Positions 42,644 through 52,992 of a DNA stretch of 64,000 nucleotides are shown here, piece after piece. The notes beneath the pieces are model-generated. The model was not told the DNA's origin, made no database searches, and saw nothing but the letters and a program-made list of their open reading frames with translations. The stretch is from NCBI GenBank assembly GCA_964019335.1, contig OZ025680.1, forward strand, positions 124,001 to 188,000. The letters run 5' to 3'. A program made the translations under genes and the position numbers. Within the stretch, counting starts at the first letter, position 1; every line of letters starts with the position of its first letter. This DNA is from Diplonema japonicum (Eukaryota > Protista > Euglenozoa: Diplonemea).

Positions 42644-44002
42644 TCAACCAAGGGTAAAGGTGGTGCCCTCAGCGGTGGCTAGGATTTTTGCAGTGGATTT
42701 CCTGAGGGTGTGGTTATCACGGGATAAATGATTGAAGTGTCTCCTGACCATGGGGAGGGTTGTGGGCTTGAGGAGGTCACGCTGTGGGATGTGTGGAAAG
42801 CCGTAATACGTGCTGAGATACGAGGAAAGCTTGTCGATCTCTTCGAGTGAAGACGCTTGCTCCCATGACATGACCAGCCTCTTGCAGAAGGCGGGCATCC
42901 CGAGCAGCTTCTTGGCACTAGGACGGAACTTGTGGTTCGTTGTCAGCATAGCATCCACCACGCTGCACAGGTCTGTTGAAAGGTTTTTAATCAACCCGAG
43001 CTTTTTGAGTTTAACAAGGCTGTACAGCCCCTTGGCGTCCATTACCTTGCTGAGCAAACGTGCGGGTGGGTCTCTTCGTGCGTCTCTGTGTGGAACAACA
43101 GGGTGGCGGCAGAGACAGATCTCATGGAACATAATCCCAACAGACCAGATATCAGTCTCAGGACCCACAATACCATCCACAACCTCGGGAGGCAGGTACG
43201 GGACGGAACCGGGGGGGCATTGCGTCCCACCAGCAATACCGTCTTGCAGCTTTGTTTTATTCTGCATAGCAATTCCAAAATCGCTAAGGAGCACATCTGA
43301 ACGGGCTGTGTACAACATGTTGTCCAGCTTCATATCACGGTGGATGACACCCATGGCGTGGGCGTACTCCAGCCCGCGCAGAACCTGGTGCAGGGCCTTC
43401 CAGATAATCTGTTCTGAGCTGAAGGCCCGGTCGTATATTCCATAAGGACATGCAAGTTGAAGGGATTGGAGGAGGTCTTCACCTGTTTTGATGTTGGGCA
43501 TCTCAACAAAATCTTCGACTTGTTGGATGTAAGGAGAGAGACGCTCCCATGCTTCACGGGAGAGCCCGTGAAGAGCTTGCAGGGCTTCAGTGGCCACGGA
43601 GTCATGGTCGGTGCACCTGCCGCCTGCGTACTCTAGGAGCTTGGTGGTGAGAGGTTCGAAAATATCTGCCTTGTCCTCCCTTGTTTGCATCTTTTTGCGC
43701 ATGACAGCACGGAGGTCGCCGTGTTCAGCGTGTGCCATCACCAAGTACCGTCTTTTGCGTGTGTCGGTAAATGTTTCGTAGCATCTCACTATGTGGTCAT
43801 GCTGCATGTTTGTCAGAATCTTTCCTTCTTTTTCGATATCGCCGTCGTCTTCCCATAGCCCTACCTTTACCACCACATCTCTTCCTCCTCCGGTGAGATG
43901 CACGCCCTTCCATACTTCGCCGTAGCTGCCTTTTCCTATCATGCTGGCTAGTTTCACTATGGGGAGGCCTGTTTCGTTTTTTAGAATGTTTCCAGCTTCC
44001 AT
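42644..44002 (-). CDS. Ser/Thr protein kinase (NEK/STE-like) with a large insert
   Basis: IGKGSYG, VVVK, HRDMKLDN, DFG, YLPPE, DIWSVG. Confidence 0.92.
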   Translation of the reverse strand: MEAGNILKNETGLPIVKLASMIGKGSYGEVWKGVHLTGGGRDVVVKVGLWEDDGDIEKEGKILTNMQHDHIVRCYETFTDTRKRRYLVMAHAEHGDLRAVMRKKMQTREDKADIFEPLTTKLLEYAGGRCTDHDSVATEALQALHGLSREAWERLSPYIQQVEDFVEMPNIKTGEDLLQSLQLACPYGIYDRAFSSEQIIWKALHQVLRGLEYAHAMGVIHRDMKLDNMLYTARSDVLLSDFGIAMQNKTKLQDGIAGGTQCPPGSVPYLPPEVVDGIVGPETDIWSVGIMFHEICLCRHPVVPHRDARRDPPARLLSKVMDAKGLYSLVKLKKLGLIKNLSTDLCSVVDAMLTTNHKFRPSAKKLLGMPAFCKRLVMSWEQASSLEEIDKLSSYLSTYYGFPHIPQRDLLKPTTLPMVRRHFNHLSRDNHTLRKSTAKILATAEGTTFTLG

Positions 44003-45365
44003 TTTGTTGTGTAAAAAAAGAGGGGTTCTTATTTTCTTTTCTTTTAATTTGTTTTTGTGTTTTCTTTGTTTTATTAAGGAGAAGGAAAGGAGGGGAGAAA
44101 AAAACTAACAAACAATACAGAATCTTTTAAGGAAAAATAAAAAAATAAAAATAAAAAAAAGAAGACATGAAAGCCGGGCAGGTGCGATGGGAACGATGGT
44201 TGGCAGAGTGGCGAAAAAAAGAAGAAGAAAAAAACAAAGAGGGAAAAAGACGAAAAATGATTGTTTAAGGGCAAAATCCCACATGAGGACTACCTAAAAC
44301 ACAAACAAAATAAAAAATAAAAAAAATAGTACCAGCTCTGCAAAATAAAATCCCTTTATAAACTGAGAATATCAGGGCACTGTCACAAAGTAATAATGAT
44401 CCATGTTTTACTCCTTCTCTTGTTGCCTCCCCCCCCCTTTTTTTATAACCCAAATGGTTTTGCTTGCCTTGTCCCTGCCCCTTTTCTGAAACCGTTTTCT
44501 GAAAGAGAAGAAGGAAGAACAGGCAAAGGAGATTTTCATTACCCCCTCTCCTTTTTCTGCATGCAGCCTTCTGTGGATTCTTATTCTTTTTTTTTTTCTT
44601 CTTTTTTTTTTTTCTCCCAAAAGCGCAAAGGCCTCAGTAGAACTAAAACGGAAAGATGTGAAAAATAGCGTGGGGGGGACGCAGGGAGGAAAATTTGGGA
44701 AGGAGACTTAAGCCGTAGAAACGGGCCATCGTCGGAGTTATAGATAGGTTTATGTGGTAAAAACCCTGTTCTCCATAACACAGTGATATTAAAGAAAGAC
44801 TCGAATGAACAATCCTTTTTTAACAAGAAACCCCTCTAAGTTTTGCGGAAAGGGGGGTGGGAAAGACCTTTTATATCTCTAAAGTGAAGTAAGGTTTGGT
44901 CTTTTTTTCCCCCCCCCCTTTTTTTTTCGGTTCTCCTTTTTTCCCCGTAGTACTGCACGTGGGGCTGCGACTACCGAGGATTTTACAACACGACATGTGC
45001 TTTAATATTTTTTATCGAGTAAAAAATAAAAAATAAAAAATTAAAAAAAGGGTGTTGTCGACCACGGGCATTTTCAGAGATATGAGGCATAAACAAAATA
45101 GTGAAAGAAGAAAGAATGGGGGGGGGGGGGGAATAGAATAAAAAACAATAGCACACGGTTTGAGAGAGGGCAGACTGGGGACAGGTGTCTCTCTTATTAA
45201 AAAAAAAACTTTTTTTTTCCCCCTCTTACAGAAAAGGGAATGGCGAGAGCGGGAAGTAATTAAGGGTGGGGGGGGGACAAAAAAAAACCTCCCTTTTCAA
45301 TCCAGAAAAATCTCGTTGATCCTAACGAAGAAAAAAAAAAAGAAAAAAAAAACCCCATTTCCACT

Positions 45366-46282
45366 TTAACCCCTATTCGTAAGACCCTTTATTTTTTCCA
45401 CCCCGAACAGGGCGCCGTCCTTTATAAGGTAAGGCAAGTCCTTCCAGAAGCCAAGGTTGGGTACCATTTCTACCCCGCGAAGTTGCTTCCGCATGTAGTT
45501 GTATGTCATGCCTGCTGCAAAGTAGACAAAACCACCAACGAAGAAAATGATGAGGAAAGCGCAGCCGGCGTTGCATCCACCACTGCTACCGCCACCACCA
45601 CCCCCTCCAATGCAAACCAAAGGGGATTTGTATTTGAGGTTATATATGAATGCGCCGTTGACTTCCTCCTTCTTTACCTCGCAGACTCCTTTTGCGGCAT
45701 CTTCAATGATGCAGTCGATTTCCTTGCTGTTCGGATTGCATTCCACTGTCACTTTAGAGTCAATGCGCGCAACCCAGCTGGTTTTTTTTTTTTTTTTTTT
45801 TGAAGAAAAAAAAAAATAAATATACCCTTCAGCTGGCTGTGTCACGGTGTAGCCCACCACCCAATTTCCTTCAATTTTACTGGCGTAGAACGGGGTCGTA
45901 ATCTCCGTGCAGGAGTAGTCGCAGTACGTTGCCGCGTACTTCACACAGTAGGAAGGTTGTTTCGCCGCATCGCACGGCGCTGCTCCCGCGTTCGAACCCC
46001 CTGGAAGAAGCTGCTCCTTTCGGCACCAAGAATTAACCCATGTAAATAATGCTGTGCAGTTTTTTTTTTTTTAAAAGGGTAATAGTACATACTGAGCTGG
46101 TTGAAATTGTCCTCCACCATGTCCGTCGGGGTTGTAGGGAGCGACTCCAAATCCAGCTTTCCCTCATCGGTCTCGATCACGCAGTCGGAGTTTGCAAAAT
46201 ATGCCAGCCGCCCATCCACCATTCCCGTCTTCAGGGCACTGCTCCCCACCACGAGCAGGGACATTAAAAACAATCGATTCAT
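45366..46282 (-). CDS. ATG27 / cation-dependent mannose-6-phosphate receptor-like type I membrane protein (3 exons)
   Basis: Introns 46052-46092 and 45778-45825. Signal peptide, Cys-containing lumenal domain, TM, and tail GVEMVPNLGFWKDLPYLIKDG. Confidence 0.85.
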
Positions 46283-46443
46283 GGGTTCCCCCTTTTGTTT
46301 TTAACTCTTTCCCCTGCAGAATTTCTGGGGGGGGGGGGTAAAGTAATACGATAGGATAAAAAGCGGTATCTAAGTCTGTCGATTTTTCTTTTCTTTGTGT
46401 TTTCAAAAAAAACAAACAAATTCTACGGTCAGTTGTCTTGTTT

Positions 46444-47466
46444 CTACTCTGACTTGTTCACAAACTGCGTCTCAAGAGTGGTCCAGATCTCATCACTGAC
46501 GGTGTCCCTTGTCTTGCGTGCACCGTCCTCTGTCTGCTGGGGCATCTCTTGCCAGTGGGCGAAGTGCTCACAGCACCATCTGAAGCATGCTCTGACGGAC
46601 TCTTTGTAGTTAGCGCGTGCCTTCTCATGGATGTCGAGCTCCTTGCGTGTCCCGTCCTGTTGCATGGCCTTCATGGCGACCTGCGGGTCAAGGTCGAGAT
46701 AAAGCACAGCAGAGGAGGCTGGGATGCCAAGCCACTTTGTCTCGTAAGCCTCAAGACTGCCTATCATCTTAGCCTTCTCTTCGGGGGTATCGAGCTTTGC
46801 TGCCTGGTGCCCGTATGAGGACTCCATGAACCTGTCGAGGATCACATTGTAGCCCTTGCGGAGCCAGTGCTTGATCAACGGGCGGAGGTCGTCCCTGTTG
46901 AAGGAGTAGACGGTCGCGAAGAGCAGCGGCGACACCTCGCTGATGCTACCGTGCTTGCCAGACAGGATCTCCCGGATCTTCTTGCCATACGCAGCATCGT
47001 CACGTGGGAAGTCCATCGTGCGCACGGGGTACCCGTTCTCATGGAGGCGAGCCACGAGCCTCGCCGCCTGTGTCTGCTTGCCTGCCCCGTCAGCGCCCTC
47101 CATTGTGAAGATCTTCCCAGGCGTCGCAGCAGGCGTCACAAACCCCCGCACCGCCTCTATGCTGAACTCTGTGCCACACTCCAGGAAGTCGCTCTCCAAG
47201 CCGATTTTCGTGGTGTCGAGCTCAAAGGTCAGTACGGGAATCCTTCTCCTGCTCACTGCATACACCACACTCCCCACCACACCCAGCCCTTCACCCTTCA
47301 CCACCAGAAGGTCGTCTTCGTCTGTCGTAATCGTCAGGTCGCCCGCACGTTGTTTCCACTCTTCGATGAAGCTTCCCTCCGCTCCCCGAGACACGACCTC
47401 TCCGGGGAACACGTCTTTGCACTTCGCAACCTCATCTGCAGTCAGACCTTGCACGAAGAGGGTCAT
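46444..47466 (-). CDS. Thymidylate kinase with an N-terminal extra domain
   Basis: MEGADGAGKQTQ, DFP, VILDRF, LYLDLDP, DIHE. Confidence 0.88.
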   Translation of the reverse strand: MTLFVQGLTADEVAKCKDVFPGEVVSRGAEGSFIEEWKQRAGDLTITTDEDDLLVVKGEGLGVVGSVVYAVSRRRIPVLTFELDTTKIGLESDFLECGTEFSIEAVRGFVTPAATPGKIFTMEGADGAGKQTQAARLVARLHENGYPVRTMDFPRDDAAYGKKIREILSGKHGSISEVSPLLFATVYSFNRDDLRPLIKHWLRKGYNVILDRFMESSYGHQAAKLDTPEEKAKMIGSLEAYETKWLGIPASSAVLYLDLDPQVAMKAMQQDGTRKELDIHEKARANYKESVRACFRWCCEHFAHWQEMPQQTEDGARKTRDTVSDEIWTTLETQFVNKSE

Positions 47467-47616
47467 CGTTTTCTTTTTTCTTTTTTTTTTTTCTTTTTTT
47501 TTGCTGAAAGGTGGATACGAAGGTGATGACAGAACCGGGGAAAAAAAAAAAAAAAAAAGAAGAAGAAAAAAAAAAAAAAAAAAAAAAAAAAACAATAAAA
47601 GAAAAAAGGTTTTAAG

Positions 47617-48513
47617 CTAGACTAGGTTTTTATGGTAATCCTGCAGATGGTTGAAAAAACGGGATAACTGCGTGTGCTTGAAGTAGTCGTAGATGGCATG
47701 GGGGTGCTGGTGAAGCTGGGAGAATGCTTCTCGGAGGACAGGTGGGGTGCACCCGCTGACGTCGAGCGCTTGTTCAATGACGGAAGAGATTGAAGTCCGT
47801 CGGAGCTCCGTGAGGAAGTTTATTGCGGTGCCCATGTGCTGGGAAAAGGAGGGGCTGTCAGGGGTGCTTTGGTGTATTTTATTGATTTTTTTGTATTCCG
47901 CCCGGCCCAGGGGCACCTCCGCAGGCTGTGTTTCAAGCAAGAAGTTCAACGACCTCTCAACATCCATCCCGTTTAACCACAACGCCCTCTTCGTGGCGCC
48001 TTCACTGAAGCCCATGTTCATGATTGCGGTGATCTTGCACTCTTGAATAGGATACTGATCATCCAAAAGAGCCTCAAAATCCACAAGGTCCTCTACAGGG
48101 CCTTCTTTTTCACATAGGACATCGTCTAGCGCACTACAAATGTCATCTGAGGTCAGCCATGTTACGAAGTCTGATATTTTTCTCACCTCCTTGGTGTCCT
48201 TCATTTCTTTTAGGATGTGGTTGTCCAACCCCTTTACGGTCGCGGCCTGGGTGGGTTTCGCTCCCTTTGCAAACACGGTTTTTGTGATTACCAAAACCTC
48301 GACGCCGTCCGAGATGCCTTCCAGTGTAGACCCCTCGGGCACGCGTTCACCATCAACAACCAAATGGCTTGCGCTTTTTACATTCTCACGCTTTAGCTCC
48401 TGCATTATCTTTTCCACTTTCATCTTCCTCCACCACCCTGGCAGCGTCACCGTCTTTCCTTCTATGGTACAAAATCTCAATGTGTTGCTTCTTGCATCGT
48501 GTTCGCGCTTCAT
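47617..48513 (-). CDS. UBL-UBA protein (UBAC1-like)
   Basis: Ubiquitin-like N-terminus and UBA MNMGFSEGATKRALWLNGMDVERSLNFLL. Confidence 0.75.
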   Translation of the reverse strand: MKREHDARSNTLRFCTIEGKTVTLPGWWRKMKVEKIMQELKRENVKSASHLVVDGERVPEGSTLEGISDGVEVLVITKTVFAKGAKPTQAATVKGLDNHILKEMKDTKEVRKISDFVTWLTSDDICSALDDVLCEKEGPVEDLVDFEALLDDQYPIQECKITAIMNMGFSEGATKRALWLNGMDVERSLNFLLETQPAEVPLGRAEYKKINKIHQSTPDSPSFSQHMGTAINFLTELRRTSISSVIEQALDVSGCTPPVLREAFSQLHQHPHAIYDYFKHTQLSRFFNHLQDYHKNLV

Positions 48514-48659
48514 TTATAGAGCCCTTGAGAATACACCCCTTGTGAAGGAAGCAAAAAGTGCACAATAAAAAAAGAGAAGAAAAAAAAAACTACATCCCCA
48601 ATTTGTGTAACTGCGTTCTCCCTCCCAGGAAAAAAAAAAAAAAGAAAAAGTAAAGGCCT

Positions 48660-48775
48660 TCAAAAAGACCCAAACGAAGGCTTTACACTATGGTAAGGGT
48701 GTAAATGGGTAAAAGGAAACTCTAAAGAGGCGTTTCGGGTGTCAATGTTCTCTGCAATCTGTTTCAGACTCTCCT

Positions 48776-48815
<40 letters not shown>

Positions 48816-50650
48816 CCATATCCTCATACCTGTAGCTTCTTCTCGAAACCATTCGAAGCTTGGTCCACAAAATCCGTGCATCCCTTGAAAGGGGTAGAAC
48901 AGCTACTCTTGTCACGGGTACTTTCTTGACCTCCTTGCGGGGGTTGCGGTGCGTGGTGAAGCTCATTGAGGACATAGGCAAGCCCGATCTGCAGAAGGGA
49001 CTCCTTCTTGGTGGGGAGAAGCTGCACGAGGTCTGCCTCTGTGATAAGGTCTTTCGGTTTGTCTAGAAAAGGAACACCGTGCAGCTTCGCAGGGAATGCC
49101 CAGAAGGCAGCGTACGAATCATAAATGCCTTTCGTCTTCCCAGCGTAGCCGACGGAGGAGTTGAAGATGATGGTTGTTACATTGAAGACGACGGAGTCCA
49201 GTGGCCGACAGGGGTGTATCTCCTTCACACGGGTGAGTCTGTTCGACAGGTCTCGTATCCACTCACGAAGTTCCACGTCACCTTCCACGTCCTCAGGACG
49301 TGCGTAATATTTCGAACAAACTGATTTCACAAAGGTCTCAATAGCTGTCCACCACTGCAGGCTGTCGGCAACGTAATAATCCATCGGAAGGTCCGCCTGC
49401 TCCCGCATTCTCTCCCTCCATTCGTGTTTGAACGAATCATTGCTGAAGTCGTACTTCGTGTAAGCGGATGTCGCAAGCCCTTTGATGCCATCGTCGGTCA
49501 GCGAAAGGATTTGCGTCGCAAGGCTCGAGTTTAAAAACGTCCCGAACATGGACCCTGCGAACGGCAGGCATCCTGTTAAGTGCGGACGCAGCAACTGCCT
49601 GACAGGGTGGTTGGTGGAGAGGGACCGCTGGGCCATGCAATGTATTGCAGCCGTGGCCAGGACAATCTGGACCGCAAGAACACCGATCAAATGGTAATGG
49701 AGTTCGGCTTGGTTGAAATACATCTTTGCCATTGTCCATGCCCACACACTGTCGTCAGGTGTGTACACAGGGTTGTTCACAAGGTAGCCTTCAGGGGGGT
49801 CGATGAAGAGACGGATTGCAATCGGCATAAGCTGCCCGTTGTTTTCCATGAAAAAAACCATGACAGGGTTGGCGATGACGTTCGGGGTTGGTTCTGGAGG
49901 CGGCTCGGGTTCCTCCCACTCATTAGCAGGCGGTGGTGGAGGTGCTGTGCAGGGCACCATACCAAACGAAACAACAGGGCGGAGCGTCTGACTGTAATCC
50001 ACCGCGAAGATCCTACCCGCACTGCACGCTTCTTTAAAACTCCCGTACGACCCAATACGACCGATCACGTGTTCATCAGTAATACCCAACGAAGACGGAA
50101 GGTGATCTGTTCTTAAAATTTGTTTCATGATGCCTGTCATCGCACCAGTAAGCCTGAGACGCGACACTTGTTGATCGTCCCACCAACATGATGCCACAGC
50201 GGGTTTCGGGAAACCTCTTTTTTGTTTGAAGAATGTTTTTGACGCTTCAGCGAACGAACCCCACCGCTCCCTGCCCTTCTCGCCGCATAGGTACTGTTCC
50301 GCCTCCGGGCCCATGTGCTCTTGTATGGTCTCCAGTATCTGTGCCTCGATGTTGGTGAAGTCGGAGTAATACCTTGTGAACTCCTCGCAATCGCCTACTA
50401 CTTGAGGCAGTGCGAGAGGCCACCCTGTGGCTAGTGGTTTTCTGGTTTCTTTTTTTCCCGTTTTGTTCATTAACTCTACTTCGTATAGTACACCTTCTGC
50501 TCTTATCCCGGTAAGTCTGTGTGATGGTAAAGGATCCACTTGAGGCAAGCAAGTTCGTGTAGGTCCTACTTCTTCCCCTATGAAGACCTTGCCTTGTGAC
50601 GCCCTCACCCTTTCTCCGCACCCGCAGTCCGAGCTAAATGTGTTGCCCAT
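48660..50650 (-). CDS. Lipoxygenase-fold protein, probably catalytically inactive, N-acylated (2 exons)
   Basis: GRIFAVDY, LMPIAIRL, WTMAK, NHPVRQLLRPH, DVELREW. Intron 48774-48828 gives the end IDTRNASLEFPFTHLHP..VKPSFGSF*. Confidence 0.85.
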
Positions 50651-50807
50651 TTTGTTTCTTTTCTTGTTTTTTTTTTTTTTTCTTATTGCATTGTCATTGT
50701 CATTTTCTTTTTTTTTTTTTTTTTTTTTTCTTTTGGATGCGGGGGCGATCGGGTACAAATCGATAAGAAAAATAAAATGAAGAGAAAAAAAAAAAAAAAA
50801 AAAAAAA

Positions 50808-51322
50808 CTCAAAGTACAGGACAAGCCCCCCGCTAGAGGGCCGCCCTATGGGAGGGGGGCGTCTATCTGTTAATACTCCCCTTCTGGAGCATTGCTTTCA
50901 TCCCGATTGAAGCCCTGAGCGTCTTGTGGAGTCGTGTGATGCGGTCCCGCTTGTAGTCGGCTTTCAATTCCATTAGCTTGTCGTGCGTGGAGCGGGTGGC
51001 GAAAATAGGCCTCCTGGAGAAACCAATAGCTGCCTTTCCTCTAATGGCGATGAGGGACTTCACTCTTTTTCTCTCGTCCGCTGGGAAGGGGCGTCGCTTC
51101 TTCCGTGCCCTGCATGCTGTGTTTATCTTTACGATGAGAGCTTTGATTCTGCGCGCCCTATCTTCCAGCAGGCCTCCCAAAGACTTTCCGGTCGTCCATT
51201 CGAAGTCAACGGCCAGTTCCACCGCCGACACCTCCGAGGTGGTGTCCTTCTCCACCCAGCGCAGTTGTGACAACCATTGTAGCAGCGGGTTATAACCCGT
51301 CTCAGGCAGTAGGACATGAGCG
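50808..51322 (-). mobile_element. 5'-truncated non-LTR-retrotransposon-like fragment (ORF C-terminus + structured 3' UTR)
   Basis: Startless ORF ...QWLSQLRW...VSAVELAVDFEWTTG...GFSRRP... ending at 50863. The 3' end is shared with 24265-24373. Confidence 0.7.
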
Positions 51323-52314
51323 AAAAAAAAAAAAAAAAGAAAGCATACGTGAGTACTACAAAAAGAGAGAAAAAAAAAAAAAAAAGAGGGGGAAAGGGGG
51401 AAAAAAAAAAAAAACACTTTTTTTCTTGGCTTTCTTACCGAATATGACTAAGAGTGGGAGGAGGGGGGATTGCAAACGGAAAATTATCTGGCGTACCGCA
51501 ACCGGCCCGAAGAGTAGGATCAAAGAAAAAAAAACTTTTTTTTATATCTCCGTTTCCCCAAGAGAAAAAAAAACTTACTGATTACTTTTTTTTAAGACTT
51601 TTTCTTCTTCTTTTTTTTTTTTTTTCGGAGGACTCATTTTCGAAAGGAGCAGTTGAAACAGAGTGGGGAGGGTATGCAAGCAGGGCGACAATAGGGGGAA
51701 GCGATTAAAAATGAAGCAGGGAAAAAAAAAAAGAAAAAAAAATGATTGGTTTTCTTTTTTTTCCCCTCTCGGTTTCTTCGTTCCCTTGCCCCCCTCCTTT
51801 TCCCCCCCCTTCCCCTGGTTGACTTCTCTTTCCTTTATTTCTTCTTCTTTTTTTTTTTAATAAAAAAATTGTGTCAGGGCATCCGGAGGAGCAGGGGAAA
51901 GGAAGAAAAGAGAAAAATTGCATGCAATATGTAATTCAGCCCGAAAAAGAGAAGCACAAAAAAATAAAAATAATAGGGGCGCCCAAGGGATAATGAATGA
52001 AGGGGGAAAGGGAGGGGGAAATCCCGAGGACTTTTCATGTGAACGGGAAGGATTATAAAGAGGGGGGAAAAAATACCTCCTACCATGAGATTATGAGTGA
52101 GTGTAGAGGGGGAGGGGTGCTAAAAAAAAAAGTTGTTGCTTTCATTTTCTTCATGAATAAATGACCCTTCTGATCCGTTCGCAGGAAAGTGAGAAATAAA
52201 AATCGGAAAAGAAAAGAAGAAAAAAAAAGAAAAAAAAACATTGTGAGCGTGGACGAACAAGAAGGAGAAGCTTTTTTTTTTTTTTTTTTTCCTTTTTTTC
52301 TTTTTTTTCTTTCC

Positions 52315-52948
52315 TTACTCGATTGCAGAGAATTTGACAGCCTAAGTTTAAAAAAAAAATTTTTTTTTTGTTTGCCCTTTTCCCCTTGTTAGTACCTCAG
52401 CTCGCAGGCCCTCTTCCCTCTTCTTGTCCACTTGTTCTTCCCAGGTATCGTAGATACAGAGGGCCTCGAAAAACTATTTTTTTTTCTTTTTTTTTTTTTT
52501 TCCCCATACCTCATTCCATGTCACGTTTTTATCTTTGTCGAGATCGGACTGTTCCCACAGCTGAAGACCGTCCTTGGCAGAGATGACTTCGGTGTTGACC
52601 GCTTTGCCCGCCTCTAGCTCCCTCTTTCGCTTCTCTTCCTCCTCCTGGCTTTCAATGATGCCGCAGTTCCTCAGACCCTTGCTGAACTCATCTGCAGAGA
52701 GACCGCCGGAGCCATCAATGTCCATCAGTCGGAAGATGTCCATCAACTTCACCTGCGCCCTTGTCACGATCTCAATAATGTCCATGATCACCTTTGCCCT
52801 GAGGAGAAAAAAATTGTGCAATAAAAAAAAAAAAAAAAAAAAAAAAGAAATTGGTACCTGTGCCTGTCGTCCTCCAATCGTGACACCATGTCCTTCACCA
52901 AAGGGAGGTTGATCTTCCCGTTTGCGTTGCATTTCTTGATCAGGGAAC

Positions 52949-52992
<44 letters not shown>

